Shown here: one piece after another, positions 1 to 9,514 of the stretch
How the letters are laid out: each line of letters begins with the position of its first letter
Numbering within the stretch: position 1 is the stretch's first letter
Assembly: GCA_965223295.1 (NCBI GenBank)
Contig: CBDCWC010000002.1
Location: 768,001 to 832,000 of the forward strand
From: Nitrospirales bacterium
Lineage (GTDB): Bacteria; Nitrospirota; Nitrospiria; Nitrospirales; UBA8639
Length of the DNA: 64,000 nucleotides
Direction of reading: 5' to 3'
Notes under the pieces: model-generated
What the model saw: the letters and a program-made list of their open reading frames with translations, nothing else
What the model was told of the DNA's origin: nothing
Databases searched by the model: none
Translations under genes and position numbers: made by a program

Positions 1-797
1 ATCCCGCCCATGACACCCCAAAGAATAGGATTAGGCATCCCCAATAAATACATCGAAAACCCTATAGCTGCCCCAAGGCCGACATTGATACATGTCACGG
101 TCACCAGGTGCGTGGAAATGCTCTTCTCAATATCACGAACGATTTCAACGGCTCGTCTTTTGTCAGAGAACGTAGGTAGGACCTTTACCAGCTTTTCAAG
201 GAATAAATCCCCAGAAGCCAAAAGAAAGTAAAGAAGAATCATAGTGGCAATCAAGCTCCAAAGAAATTCAGTCGTAACTCCTATCAATGTCCCACCAAGA
301 CTTGGCGCCTTGAGTTCAACCAGGCGTCGCTTGGGTGCTCCATCCTCAAGAGTCGTAAACTTTTCTATGAATTCAGTAGCCTGGTTCAGTTGCAATACAG
401 AATCTTTGACAGCTTGCAATTTTCGTTCGACGGCGTCTAAGGCATCAGGTGCTTTAGACAACCAATCGACAGCGGGATCTGCGAGTTGGGAAATGCTATA
501 AGCAACAATTCCCCCGACGACCATCAGCACAAGGGCCGCACCAAGTGCTTCTGGTATCCACATTTTCGTCAGAAGTCTGATAAATGGAGCCAACAGAAAA
601 CTAAAAACGAGTGCGATGGCAATCGGCAAAAACACAGCTTGCGCCACGGTCAAGACATACACCGTCGCAATGATGAATAAGCCTGTTAAGGCTAAAGACC
701 GGACGTCAATCGGACCTCTTATAAATTCAGAAAGCTTAGAAATATCTGGCTTCAGGGGCGTGGAAGAAGACGTCTCTTGAGGATCAACATTACTCAT
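1..797 (-). CDS. AI-2E family transporter (3' end outside window)
   Basis: Not in the ORF track. Manual translation from ATG 797 gives MSNVDPQ...ALTGLFIIATVYVLTVAQAVFLPIAIALVFSFLLAPFIRLL..., a typical AI-2E/PerM N-terminus. GGGAG lies upstream. Confidence 0.8.
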   Translation of the reverse strand, partial: MSNVDPQETSSSTPLKPDISKLSEFIRGPIDVRSLALTGLFIIATVYVLTVAQAVFLPIAIALVFSFLLAPFIRLLTKMWIPEALGAALVLMVVGGIVAYSISQLADPAVDWLSKAPDALDAVERKLQAVKDSVLQLNQATEFIEKFTTLEDGAPKRRLVELKAPSLGGTLIGVTTEFLWSLIATMILLYFLLASGDLFLEKLVKVLPTFSDKRRAVEIVRDIEKSISTHLVTVTCINVGLGAAIGFSMYLLGMPNPILWGVMGG

Positions 798-987
798 TGA
801 TCACTCCCAAGGATTCATGAGAAATCTTCCTATCATGAGTGGATTACAGCGACTAGAGGAAAAATGATCCGTGTTGAGGCTCTCAGATAATTTCCGTAGC
901 GTGTCAACGCCTTTAACATCAAACCTGGAAGTAGGCATAACCATTTATGATGATATACAGCCATGTGTTGAAAAGCCTCAGACTTTT

Positions 988-1173
988 TTAGTTAGCAGCA
1001 TCTTGCACGGATTCACCCGCCTCTTCTAACTTCTTGCCTACGTTTTCCGTAGCTTCATCAACAGCCTCGCCCGCCTGTTCGGCTGGACCTTCTTGTTCAC
1101 AACCAGGAAGTATGGGCACAAGGAACATGAAGCTCAGAAGAAGTGTTATGGCCAATGGCATTAGCGTCTTCAC
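988..1173 (-). CDS. Small lipoprotein (C-EQEGPAEQAGEAVD type, stress-cluster associated)
   Basis: GGAGG RBS then GTG at 1173, hydrophobic signal peptide, PGC lipobox-like site, Ala/Glu-rich tail. Confidence 0.7.
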   Translation of the reverse strand: MKTLMPLAITLLLSFMFLVPILPGCEQEGPAEQAGEAVDEATENVGKKLEEAGESVQDAAN

Positions 1174-1555
1174 AGTGTATCCTCCAGTTCTATGATGGCA
1201 GAAATCAAACGTGTAAGTGTCTAGTTCAGTGCTTTGCGCGAGGATAGTGCGAGTAAATTTCCCCACTCTTCCGCAGAGTTCCCATGCTCAAATCAGTTGA
1301 GACGTAACGGAGACCCTCTCACAAAAAAAGACCAATTGACATCTGGAAATCACCAGTATAGGATCAATTGCAAGTTCTCAATTTTAATATATTTTCCTAA
1401 TTCACTTAAGTTATATCACCTAATATGAACCTATAATGGGAGCAAGTGATCGGAATATTAGAATTAGGTCAAAAACTATGGGCGGATCCCAGTACATCAA
1501 AAAGGCCTAAGTCATTCACAAGCATATCCCCTTCTTGTAAGGATGTTTAAAGTTT

Positions 1556-1975
1556 ATGCATTCCCACGCTACACAAACTCATCGAATTCTAGGCCTAATA
1601 ACCATTATGTTCCTCATGCTGTGGGCGGTTCCCTCTAAGAGTCAGGGCACGTTCATACTAAATGCAGATGACACTCAAGCCAAAAAATGGATGGAACTCC
1701 AGCCGGATATCCGTTCATCTTTTGTCCTGGGATTTCTAGCGGGCCTCGATTATGTGTATAACTCCACGGGGCTTACGGTCACATTAAACCGTGCACTATC
1801 GGCAAAAGAACTTTCTGCGCATGTCTACAAAAGCCTATTGGACCAGCCTGAGTTGCGGGCAGGCCCAATAGACGAAATCATTCTTAATGCGCTTGACCAT
1901 GTGCTCACGATAACCGATAAATCTGGCATACAAGTGAACCCAGGACTAAAAGAAGTCGATCTCACGACCCGCTAA
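1556..1975 (+). CDS. Secreted hypothetical protein
   Basis: 139 aa ORF with a signal-peptide-like N-terminus. Confidence 0.55.
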   Translation: MHSHATQTHRILGLITIMFLMLWAVPSKSQGTFILNADDTQAKKWMELQPDIRSSFVLGFLAGLDYVYNSTGLTVTLNRALSAKELSAHVYKSLLDQPELRAGPIDEIILNALDHVLTITDKSGIQVNPGLKEVDLTTR

Positions 1976-2019
1976 GACCAACCTTCTGTTTTCATCAGGG
2001 TTCATGCTCATTCACCTGA

Positions 2020-2313
2020 CTAGTCGTGTTCGATTTTACGAGCACTTCCGGTTTGGGCATCAATGTAGACTTCCTTCGTGCCTCCTTGATCACTAATTAT
2101 TTCCACTTCAAACACCGTGCGGTCATCTTCTTTGTCTATGTAAGCTTCCACAGCTTTTCCAGGAACCGCTTGAACAGCAGCATCAATAGCTTCCGCCATG
2201 GTCAGCTTAGCTGAATTGACAAGTTCTTTCTTCGAATCGAATAAGGCCAAAGCCGTACCCACACTACCACACATGAAATATATGAGAACTACTAATGATA
2301 ATCGTTTCATCAT
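2020..2313 (-). CDS. PepSY-domain secreted protein
   Basis: AKLTMAEAIDAA..VPGKAVEA...VFEVEI...EVYIDAQTG pattern. Confidence 0.85.
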   Translation of the reverse strand: MMKRLSLVVLIYFMCGSVGTALALFDSKKELVNSAKLTMAEAIDAAVQAVPGKAVEAYIDKEDDRTVFEVEIISDQGGTKEVYIDAQTGSARKIEHD

Positions 2314-2392
2314 AACGCTCCTCTTTTTTAGTTTTAGACCAGTTACCTCTCAGTACCCAATGTATTCAAAGTGTTGCGTTTAACTGATGGTT

Positions 2393-2782
2393 CTATGGGC
2401 TTGTAGGGAAGTTGGGGCTACTTGATTGTGTTTCGTAGGTATGCCGCTCAAACCACTTATCAGTCCACGCCTTGAGTTCTTCTTTGCGGTCTCCATAGCG
2501 CTCTTGCATTTTTCCTTCGAACTTATCCATTTTCCCTTCGATCTGTAGTAGATCATCATCTGTAAACTCGCCCCATTCCTTTTTTAACTCTCCCATAAAT
2601 TGCTTCCATGCCCCAGCAAATTGATCTTGATTCAGGATAAACACGACAAAGGTATCAGCTAAGCCAGATTGTTGTGAAAGTGGGGCGAGAGCCTTCCAGC
2701 TATCTGACCAAGTTGTACTAGCCGCTCCTAGAATCAAGGTACAAACTAGACAAAGTGAGACGACTCTACGTTCCGTCTTCAT
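2393..2782 (-). CDS. CsbD-like protein with N-terminal signal peptide
   Basis: NQDQFAGAWKQFMGELKKEWGEFTDDDL...GKMQERYG follows a signal sequence. Confidence 0.8.
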   Translation of the reverse strand: MKTERRVVSLCLVCTLILGAASTTWSDSWKALAPLSQQSGLADTFVVFILNQDQFAGAWKQFMGELKKEWGEFTDDDLLQIEGKMDKFEGKMQERYGDRKEELKAWTDKWFERHTYETQSSSPNFPTSP

Positions 2783-2808
2783 AATAATTCCAAGCTCCGT
2801 CCTACTAC

Positions 2809-3108
2809 TTAGTCATCTTTTTCCATATTCACGACTTTTCCTGTTTCTGCATCAACATAGATAGTCCGTGTTGTATTTTTAGAATCAACTACCTCAATCC
2901 AATAAACGGTCCGGTCATCTTCTTCACCAATTTGAGCTTCCACGGCTTTACCTGGGGCCATTTCCGTAGCCGTTTTAACAGCTTTCGACAGCGTGATTTT
3001 TGCTGACTTTGCGAGTTCTTTATTCGTCTCGAACAAGGCCCAGGCTGAACCTCCAAATCCGATGAGAAGACATGTGGCGATCGTTAAAATTTTTCTCGTG
3101 CTCTTCAT
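2809..3108 (-). CDS. PepSY-domain secreted protein (paralog of 2020..2313)
   Basis: AKITLSKAVKTA..APGKAVEA...IYVDAETG. Start set at MKSTRK after a GGAGG RBS. Confidence 0.85.
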   Translation of the reverse strand: MKSTRKILTIATCLLIGFGGSAWALFETNKELAKSAKITLSKAVKTATEMAPGKAVEAQIGEEDDRTVYWIEVVDSKNTTRTIYVDAETGKVVNMEKDD

Positions 3109-3165
3109 AGTGTCCTCCAGTTCCATTACTAGCCGATATAATTGCATTGCTCTACTCAAAATATC

Positions 3166-3384
3166 TTATGGATTTCTCTTGTGCCAATTCTCTGCCCAAT
3201 CATTTACGGCTTCCTTCTGATCACCATACCGTTCTTGCACTTTTCCTTGAAACTTATCATAATCCCCTTCAATTTCTTTTAAGTCGTCATCTGTCAATTT
3301 CCCATACTGTTGTTTCACCTCTCCCTTAAACTGATTCCATTTCCCTTTAAATTGCTCTTTGTTCATGATGATGTCCTCCTGCAT
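3166..3384 (-). CDS. csbD: CsbD/YjbJ family general stress protein
   Basis: MNKEQFKGKWNQFKGEVKQQYGKLTDDDL...GKVQERYG. The likely start is 3366-3372. Confidence 0.9.
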   Translation of the reverse strand: MQEDIIMNKEQFKGKWNQFKGEVKQQYGKLTDDDLKEIEGDYDKFQGKVQERYGDQKEAVNDWAENWHKRNP

Positions 3385-3455
3385 TAAATGTGTGATTAGA
3401 AAAACATGTAGTTAACTTGTCTTTAGTAATACTTGAATGCCATGACGGCACTCAA

Positions 3456-3491
3456 TAGACAAAAATTGGTGACTTGCTGGGTAAATGTCTA
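3456..3491 (-). promoter_or_regulatory. 36-bp box upstream of the csbD-PepSY operon
   Basis: + strand TAGACA-N24-TGTCTA. Confidence 0.7.
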
Positions 3492-3603
3492 GTACTCAAG
3501 TATCTCGATTCAATAAACACTTTTCACCCAAGCACGAGATTAAGAAAGAGAACTGGATGTTTTTTAGAACCGTAAAAATAAGGAAGGCTACATAGTGGAA
3601 AAA

Positions 3604-4482
3604 CTATGCTGTTGCAGTTTTGTTTTGAGCAGCATTTTCAAGCACGACGTCTACCTCGCCACCAATAAGCAAGACTAATCCACTCATGTACAGCCACAAC
3701 ATAAGCACGATGACTCCCGCGAGTGAACCATAGGCGGCATTGTACGTTCCAAAATTGGCGACATAATATTTGAAGGCTAGAGAAGACAAGAGCCAAAGCA
3801 TCACGGCCACCACTGAACCGGGTGTGATAACACGCCATGAGTGATTAACATTTGGCGCCATATAGTAAATCATACTCACAGCTAACAGCATGAACATGAC
3901 CACAAGCGGCCACTGTACTAAAGACCAACTTATCGTAAAGACGGCGCCGTAGCCTATGGCATTGGCAATCCATTGACTCATATAGCCACCAGCAAGGATA
4001 AGAAATATGGAGAGAATAACGAAAAGAGTGCAAACGATCGTCATAATCATGGCAATGCCTCGGGCTTTCCACAACGGTCGAAAATCCTCGACATTGTAGA
4101 CCGTATTCAGGGTATCAATGATCGCAGCCATTCCTGTGGAGACGGCCCAGAACGTGCCCAGAAAGCTCAAAGATAAAATACCTGCTCCACTCCCTGCCAC
4201 CACTTGATTCAAGTAGGTTTCGATTAACGGCATCGAATCAACTGGAAGAACGGTTTCGAGGTAAGACAATACCTTGGGAAGCATGGATTGAGTGGGCAAC
4301 AATCCGATGAACGCGGTGAGGAACATGAGCGCGGGGAACAGGGCAAGTTGAAAATAAAAGCCCAATTGCGCGGCTCTTCCAAATAGATCATCTTGTTGAA
4401 TTTCTTCCCAAACCTGCTGGAGGAGTTCTATCCAAGATAGACCTTGTAAATTCCAGGTTGATTTTTGCGGCATGGGTTTCAA
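3604..4482 (-). CDS. YihY/BrkB family membrane protein
   Basis: AAQLGFY..LALFPAL and YNAAYGSLAGVIVLMLWLY...GGE motifs. Confidence 0.9.
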   Translation of the reverse strand: MKPMPQKSTWNLQGLSWIELLQQVWEEIQQDDLFGRAAQLGFYFQLALFPALMFLTAFIGLLPTQSMLPKVLSYLETVLPVDSMPLIETYLNQVVAGSGAGILSLSFLGTFWAVSTGMAAIIDTLNTVYNVEDFRPLWKARGIAMIMTIVCTLFVILSIFLILAGGYMSQWIANAIGYGAVFTISWSLVQWPLVVMFMLLAVSMIYYMAPNVNHSWRVITPGSVVAVMLWLLSSLAFKYYVANFGTYNAAYGSLAGVIVLMLWLYMSGLVLLIGGEVDVVLENAAQNKTATA

Positions 4483-4582
4483 ATGAACAATGTAAGGAGA
4501 TGAGATAATACCGTGAATAGTCTAAACGCTCTCAAATTCTTGATTTTAAGACATTGAATTAATATCACCAATACTTGGGAAT

Positions 4583-4611
4583 CTGCCTCGAGTCACTATG
4601 ACTCGAGGCAG
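4583..4611 (-). terminator. Stem-loop downstream of the BON gene, possible terminator
   Basis: CTGCCTCGAGTCA-cta-TGACTCGAGGCAG perfect 13-bp stem. The U-tract is weak. Confidence 0.55.
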
Positions 4612-4628
4612 GTAACCAAACCACACAG

Positions 4629-4940
4629 TCAGTTCGATTCTATTTGGAGATTATTGTTCACTCTTTTAACGCCATCGACTTGCCCGGCCAGTTGCTCCGC
4701 TTGCTTTTTCGCAGCTTCAGTTTCCACGACACCATTGAGGGTAACAATACCTCTGTCAGTATCCACATCAATCCGTGTTAGCGATGCCATGCTGTCTCCA
4801 GCAAGTTTTGTTTTTACCGAGGACGTAATCATTGTATCATCGATATTCGTACCGGCAGTTTTTCCGGTCATCGCTTGACAGCCCGTCATCATAACTAACG
4901 ATAAGATGATCACACCCAAATAAGTCATCACTCGGTTCAT
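4629..4940 (-). CDS. BON-domain (OsmY-like) lipoprotein
   Basis: Lipobox MTGC; DDTMITSSVKTKL...IDVDTDRGIVTLNG...VDGVKRVNNNL. Confidence 0.9.
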   Translation of the reverse strand: MNRVMTYLGVIILSLVMMTGCQAMTGKTAGTNIDDTMITSSVKTKLAGDSMASLTRIDVDTDRGIVTLNGVVETEAAKKQAEQLAGQVDGVKRVNNNLQIESN

Positions 4941-4985
4941 AGTCTTTCTCCTTAATAAGATTATTAATGATTGGAACGAATGGAA

Positions 4986-5288
4986 TTAATCCAGATTTCT
5001 GTTTGCACCTCTCACTGACTCCTTAGCCTCTGACCGTCCCACTTCGAATGCTTGTTTAGCTTCCTGAATCGCTTCTTCTGCAACTTCTAAAACCTCCTTT
5101 CCTTGTGCCTTGACCAAATCGACAGTTTCCTCAACCGTACTTTTCGCTCTTTGGGCGCCGCGATTAAGATCTCTGCGAAGTTGTCGTCCAGATTTTGGCG
5201 ACAATACTAGTGCAAGCCCCACCCCTAAAAGAAATCCAACAAGTAATGGGATAACGGAAGAACGTTTATCATGTTCATATGTTGTCAT
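4986..5288 (-). CDS. YtxH-like protein
   Basis: GFLLGVGLALVLSPKSGRQLR motif followed by a helical tail. Confidence 0.85.
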   Translation of the reverse strand: MTTYEHDKRSSVIPLLVGFLLGVGLALVLSPKSGRQLRRDLNRGAQRAKSTVEETVDLVKAQGKEVLEVAEEAIQEAKQAFEVGRSEAKESVRGANRNLD

Positions 5289-5340
5289 AAGTTCAGTCCT
5301 CCTAAATTTATGGACACGTCAATAGCGTGAGTCCAGCGAT

Positions 5341-5970
5341 CTAATGAGTATTGGTTAAACGAGCATCCACCGCCTTCCAATCAATATTGGCAAAAAAGGC
5401 TTCGATGTACTTTTGCCGATCAGAAGGAGCATAGTCGATGAGGTAGGCATGTTCCCACACATCTAGCACAAGAATAGGGATAAATCCGGCGACGTTGCCG
5501 CTCTCATGTAGACTAATCCAATGATTAGACAGTCGCCCGTTTTGGGGATTCTGATAACAGATGGCCCACCCCACCCCACGCAGATTCGCTACTCCCACAA
5601 AATCAGCTTTCCAGACCTCATAATCTCCAAAACTTGCATCGACTGTTTTTCGAAAGAGAGATTCTGGTTCAGGATCTTCACGGCCCTCCTTCGTGAGGTT
5701 TTCAAAATAGTATTCGTGCAGGACCATGCCGTTATATTCGAAACCAAGACGCCGCGTGAGTTCCGAATACGCCGGCTTCTCTTCTTGATCAATGTGGCCA
5801 TCTCTTAAGAATTCATTGATTTGATCCATCAGGGAGTTTGTTTGACTGACATATCCTTCATAGAGATTAAAATGCATTTCCAGGCTCTGATTTGAAATAC
5901 CCTTCAATCCGTTAAGATGGAATGATTTCACTGTGTAAGGTGCTGGCTTGATCATCGCTGCTCTCCTCAA
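5341..5970 (-). CDS. sod: Fe/Mn superoxide dismutase family protein
   Basis: H..LYEGYV, NGMVLHEYYF and DVWEHAY signatures. Confidence 0.9.
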   Translation of the reverse strand: MRRAAMIKPAPYTVKSFHLNGLKGISNQSLEMHFNLYEGYVSQTNSLMDQINEFLRDGHIDQEEKPAYSELTRRLGFEYNGMVLHEYYFENLTKEGREDPEPESLFRKTVDASFGDYEVWKADFVGVANLRGVGWAICYQNPQNGRLSNHWISLHESGNVAGFIPILVLDVWEHAYLIDYAPSDRQKYIEAFFANIDWKAVDARLTNTH

Positions 5971-6099
5971 TATTTAGTTGGGTTCATGCCAGAATATTCT
6001 TAGCATTGCCTTTTTGTTCTTCGTGATATGTGACTGCCCGGCACACGTTAGCAATCGACTAATGTCTAGTTATAAATGAAACAACTCCCACTTTCACAA

Positions 6100-6135
6100 T
6101 AGATTTTTTTCCTATTTTCGCAGTCAAAATGTCTA
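6100..6135 (-). promoter_or_regulatory. Degenerate box upstream of the sod-ytxH-BON operon
   Basis: TAGATT-N24-TGTCTA. Confidence 0.5.
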
Positions 6136-6233
6136 TCTCATGCCATGCCCGCAAGATTTATCAACTTGCCTGATACGAAAAAAGTAGCATTTTCCTATAA
6201 ATACTCAGATACTCATCGCACCAATAGCATCAC

Positions 6234-6269
6234 TGAACATTTTGTTCATGTCACAGTTGTTTTAGTCCA
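6234..6269 (+). promoter_or_regulatory. Degenerate box upstream of 6360
   Basis: TGAACATTT...TTTAGTCCA, N24. Confidence 0.5.
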
Positions 6270-6359
6270 TTTCACGCATCCCATGCATTTGGTATTTCAT
6301 AATCAAATGGCTTTCGTTCATTTTCTCAAATAATCTTGGCCTAATTTAAGGAGGCATTT

Positions 6360-6599
6360 ATGAGACAAGCGCTTTCACAACCGACACAGCACTTCAGTCA
6401 CATGACTGAGAAGGATCAAGTCTTTGAAAATTATTATCGGTGCGGAGGGATGTTAGTAGACGATCGGTGCTACGACCTTACAAGCAGTGGAATCTTCAAG
6501 ATTGCGACCAAACGGTGCATTCAATGCGGAGATGTGATTGACCCCGTGATTCTTCAACATCGACGTCACTCAAGATTGAGTGAAGCCTACGCAAGTTAG
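6360..6599 (+). CDS. Small Cys-rich zinc-ribbon-like protein
   Basis: AGGAGG RBS; RCGG...RCIQCGDVIDPVIL..R. The first expected Cys reads Tyr. Confidence 0.6.
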   Translation: MRQALSQPTQHFSHMTEKDQVFENYYRCGGMLVDDRCYDLTSSGIFKIATKRCIQCGDVIDPVILQHRRHSRLSEAYAS

Positions 6600-6649
6600 A
6601 ATATTTTTACGGGAAAGGCAGCACAAAAAATCTTGCTAGACAAATTCGA

Positions 6650-7843
6650 TTAACGAGCAGGAAGCATGTCCATATTGACGTTTAACTTTTCAACGATATT
6701 TCCGGAACGCAAGCTACCAATGAACTCTTTGGGGTCCACTGGCTCTGGAAGTGGCAAATCCACGTTATACCAATTATCCTTGGGCTTCCCTCTTTTGACT
6801 CGGATCTCATCGAAAAACCCATTAACCTTATCGTCGTCAATGTCTTTCTTAAAGCGTACTTGAACATGACGCGTCACGACTGATGTCGTAATAATTTCGA
6901 TATCGCTTCTCTTCGACAAAGGTTTTAGAATTTTATCTGGTGATTCTGAGTTGGGAACGCTCATATTAAAGGAATACCACCCACCCATCTGCGCATGATC
7001 TTGGGCGGACACATCTTTAAAGAATTTTTCTATCCCCGTAGGCTTCGTTCCTTTTTTGAATCGTACCCACACCGGACGACTTTCCAGAATTCCACTTTTG
7101 AAAGTTTCGGCTTTCTTCTCTAGTAATGTGTTGCCAGTGTCCTGACTCTGCTCACTTCGGCTGACAACTTGAGTTCCTAATGTCTGCTGTTCCCCATCTG
7201 TGCCACTATTTACCGCCATAACCGAGGTCTGATCCAGTCGCTTCTGAATCGCGGTCAGTTGTTGGAGCACTTCCTGAAGCTGATGATCCTTGGAAGCCAC
7301 AAGTGAGCCTCCGTCATTCGAGCGAGTGGAAGTTTGTGCAAATCGGTCAATAACTAGGAACACTACCCCTGCAGCTAAAATGATTTGAGCCGCGAGAGCA
7401 AGCATGGACCATGAACTCGGTTCATTTTTGCCATCTTGTTGCTTTTGCTCGCTTGATTCACTCACTGAGGGCTCTGATGGGATAGCCAGTAGGTTTTTCG
7501 ATGTCAGTTGAACGACACTCTTGTCTTCCTCACGCTGAAGATCGAGTTCAAACACATAATTTCCAGCCTGCAATTCTGCCTCTGCGGACTTCTGACCCTC
7601 AGACGAAAGAGAACCCACTGGAAGCCCGGAAGACGACCGAAGTTCTATAAGACTCGGAGAAGGGCCGACTTGAAAAGTTTTTGTGGCGATAGCTTGAGGA
7701 TGACATTCTAGGGTACCAACGCTCTTGTTATCCACAAAGATTTGAATTGATTCTAGTGATTCAGTTTCTCTTCGGTAGCGTTGATCCCACAATGCCTGAA
7801 TGAGGTATTCCTCGTATGCTTTGAGCTCTTCCTTAGCTTCCAT
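6650..7843 (-). CDS. Single-pass membrane protein with two tandem C-terminal repeats (anti-sigma/sensor-like architecture)
   Basis: Central TM segment (MLALAAQIILAAGVVFLVI). Two repeats: VWVRFKKG..GIEKFFKDV..GWYSF and VQVRFKKD..KVNGFFDEI..NWYNV. Overlaps the upstream gene. Confidence 0.65.
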   Translation of the reverse strand: MEAKEELKAYEEYLIQALWDQRYRRETESLESIQIFVDNKSVGTLECHPQAIATKTFQVGPSPSLIELRSSSGLPVGSLSSEGQKSAEAELQAGNYVFELDLQREEDKSVVQLTSKNLLAIPSEPSVSESSEQKQQDGKNEPSSWSMLALAAQIILAAGVVFLVIDRFAQTSTRSNDGGSLVASKDHQLQEVLQQLTAIQKRLDQTSVMAVNSGTDGEQQTLGTQVVSRSEQSQDTGNTLLEKKAETFKSGILESRPVWVRFKKGTKPTGIEKFFKDVSAQDHAQMGGWYSFNMSVPNSESPDKILKPLSKRSDIEIITTSVVTRHVQVRFKKDIDDDKVNGFFDEIRVKRGKPKDNWYNVDLPLPEPVDPKEFIGSLRSGNIVEKLNVNMDMLPAR

Positions 7844-8720
7844 GCTGTTGTACTCCCGAAAAGTTACCCTGCAATATTTTTGATGTTGGGCTTGCCAGTT
7901 GAAGCTGCAATTTCAATTCTAGTGATTCTTCACTTTGAGCACCCTGGACCGTAGACTTGTAGACCATATCGAGACAGGGATAGCACATTGCCAGATGCCA
8001 AATGCGATAATCTTGCCCATAACCATCCGAGAACATCTCTTCCCATTTCTCTTGTGTTTGGCATGGGTAATGCTCTGGTTCACTTTTTCTGTAATGAGAC
8101 TGCACCTCTATCAACAATTTCTGAGCTTCGGGATTAACGATATGAGGTTTGACTTCCAGCTGCTGCTCTAAACTGGCAATCTGTGAAATATCGAGACCAA
8201 TTTCTTGCATGGTTCTATGCCATCCAGATTGTCGCCAACGAGTGAAATTTTTGTAAATCCGCTGACTTTGTTCCTCGGCTAGGCCAAGTAGCTTAATCAC
8301 CTGCGAAGGAGTAAAACTATAAAAATGCGTAAATTGAGCAATGAGGGCATCTCGACTGATTACGGCCCTCGAAGTCAATCCATCAATAAATTTTTCAAGA
8401 GGTGAGTGCGGCGTAGGATGGTAAATAAATGAGTTTGGCTGGCTAAAGTGCTTTGCGACAAAGCTATCCAACAGAAGAACTGGTCGACAAGGAACTTCAT
8501 TGCGGGCATAGACAAGAAAACGTTCAACCAATTCATAGGCTAACCGTAGCGCCAATTTTTCATGGTTCACGTTTTCAGACCAACTATTCGTCTCCTTCAA
8601 TAATTTTTTCGTGTAACTACTTGCTCGGCTTAAAAGTAGAGACATAGACTCTTCCGCGAACTGATCGTACTCGGCTTTAGTCCGGACGATTGTGTCTGAA
8701 ATGACGGGTTGAGTATCCAT
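7833..8720 (-). CDS. Putative transcription regulator with a sigma region-4/HTH-like segment and C-terminal HxxxCxxC
   Basis: SRDALIAQFTHFYSFTPSQVIKLLGLAEEQSQRIYKNF is HTH-like; WHLAMCYPC is the HxxxCxxC motif. Start placed at MDTQPV after AGAGGGA; the ORF track extends to 8837. Confidence 0.55.
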   Translation of the reverse strand: MDTQPVISDTIVRTKAEYDQFAEESMSLLLSRASSYTKKLLKETNSWSENVNHEKLALRLAYELVERFLVYARNEVPCRPVLLLDSFVAKHFSQPNSFIYHPTPHSPLEKFIDGLTSRAVISRDALIAQFTHFYSFTPSQVIKLLGLAEEQSQRIYKNFTRWRQSGWHRTMQEIGLDISQIASLEQQLEVKPHIVNPEAQKLLIEVQSHYRKSEPEHYPCQTQEKWEEMFSDGYGQDYRIWHLAMCYPCLDMVYKSTVQGAQSEESLELKLQLQLASPTSKILQGNFSGVQQHGS

Positions 8721-8874
8721 TCCCTCTGATAATGTTGAATTTTTTTTTATGCGGAATGGAAGCAGTGTACCCAGAACATGAGTACATGGCAACCTGTCAG
8801 GAGTCGAATCCGTCCAGGGAGGAAAGGTTGAGTTCATAATAAATTCCCCAGGATTTACGGACTTTTAAAGTCTA

Positions 8875-9394
8875 TCAGTTCACGGTCTTGGTCGGCTGAG
8901 CTTCTAAGGAAGATGACTTGAGGCATTTGAGAATTTGACGTTCGGCTTCTAGCCAGTCCTCCCATTCTCGACCAGGATCGCATCCCCTCTCTTCAAAGAG
9001 CCTGTACGCCAAGCTTTGGATGTCCTGGTGAAAAAAAGAGCGAATTGCGGCATCAATCGGTCCTCCCAGAAACGGTTCTTCATTTCCTCTCGGCCCGCCG
9101 ACAACTTGGTCAGCTCCCAAACGAAGCACTTCGGGAACAGCATTCCTGACGGAAGCCCCAGCCACGATAAGAATCTTTCCCATGAATCCCTGCTGACGTA
9201 GATTCTCCACAATCTTCAGAGCGTTAGGATCCACTATATATAAGTCCAATACAACAACATGGGGATCAGTCTCTAGCACCAAATGTGCACACTTCCTGAC
9301 TATGGGGAGAGACGACGACTTCATAACCTTGCTGACTGAGAAACTCTGTGAGTTGGTTTCGGAGCGATTTATGGTCTGTCGCTACGACAATCAT
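8875..9394 (-). pseudogene. Atypical receiver (REC) + DUF2934 fusion, frameshifted near 9290
   Basis: Frame A from ATG 9394 reads MIVVATDHKSLRNQLTEFLSQQGYEVVVSPHSQEV. Frame B continues AHLVLETDPHVVVLDLY...IQSLAYRLFEERG..GREWEDWLEAERQI (DUF2934). One extra base separates them; this could be a sequencing error. Confidence 0.75.
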
Positions 9395-9514
9395 GAGCTT
9401 TCTCACCCCAAGATACGTGGCACCATCGAAAACAATTTTCTACTCTTAAGACTGCACCAAACTTATCTTTTCCGTTTAGTCGGTAACTTAGCTACAGAAT
9501 AAAGAATTATTCAA

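Noticed and set aside
10-680. Short + strand ORFs here and similar antisense ORFs elsewhere (e.g. 28411..28959, 42582..42962)
   Set aside because: They are shadows of well-supported genes on the opposite strand.
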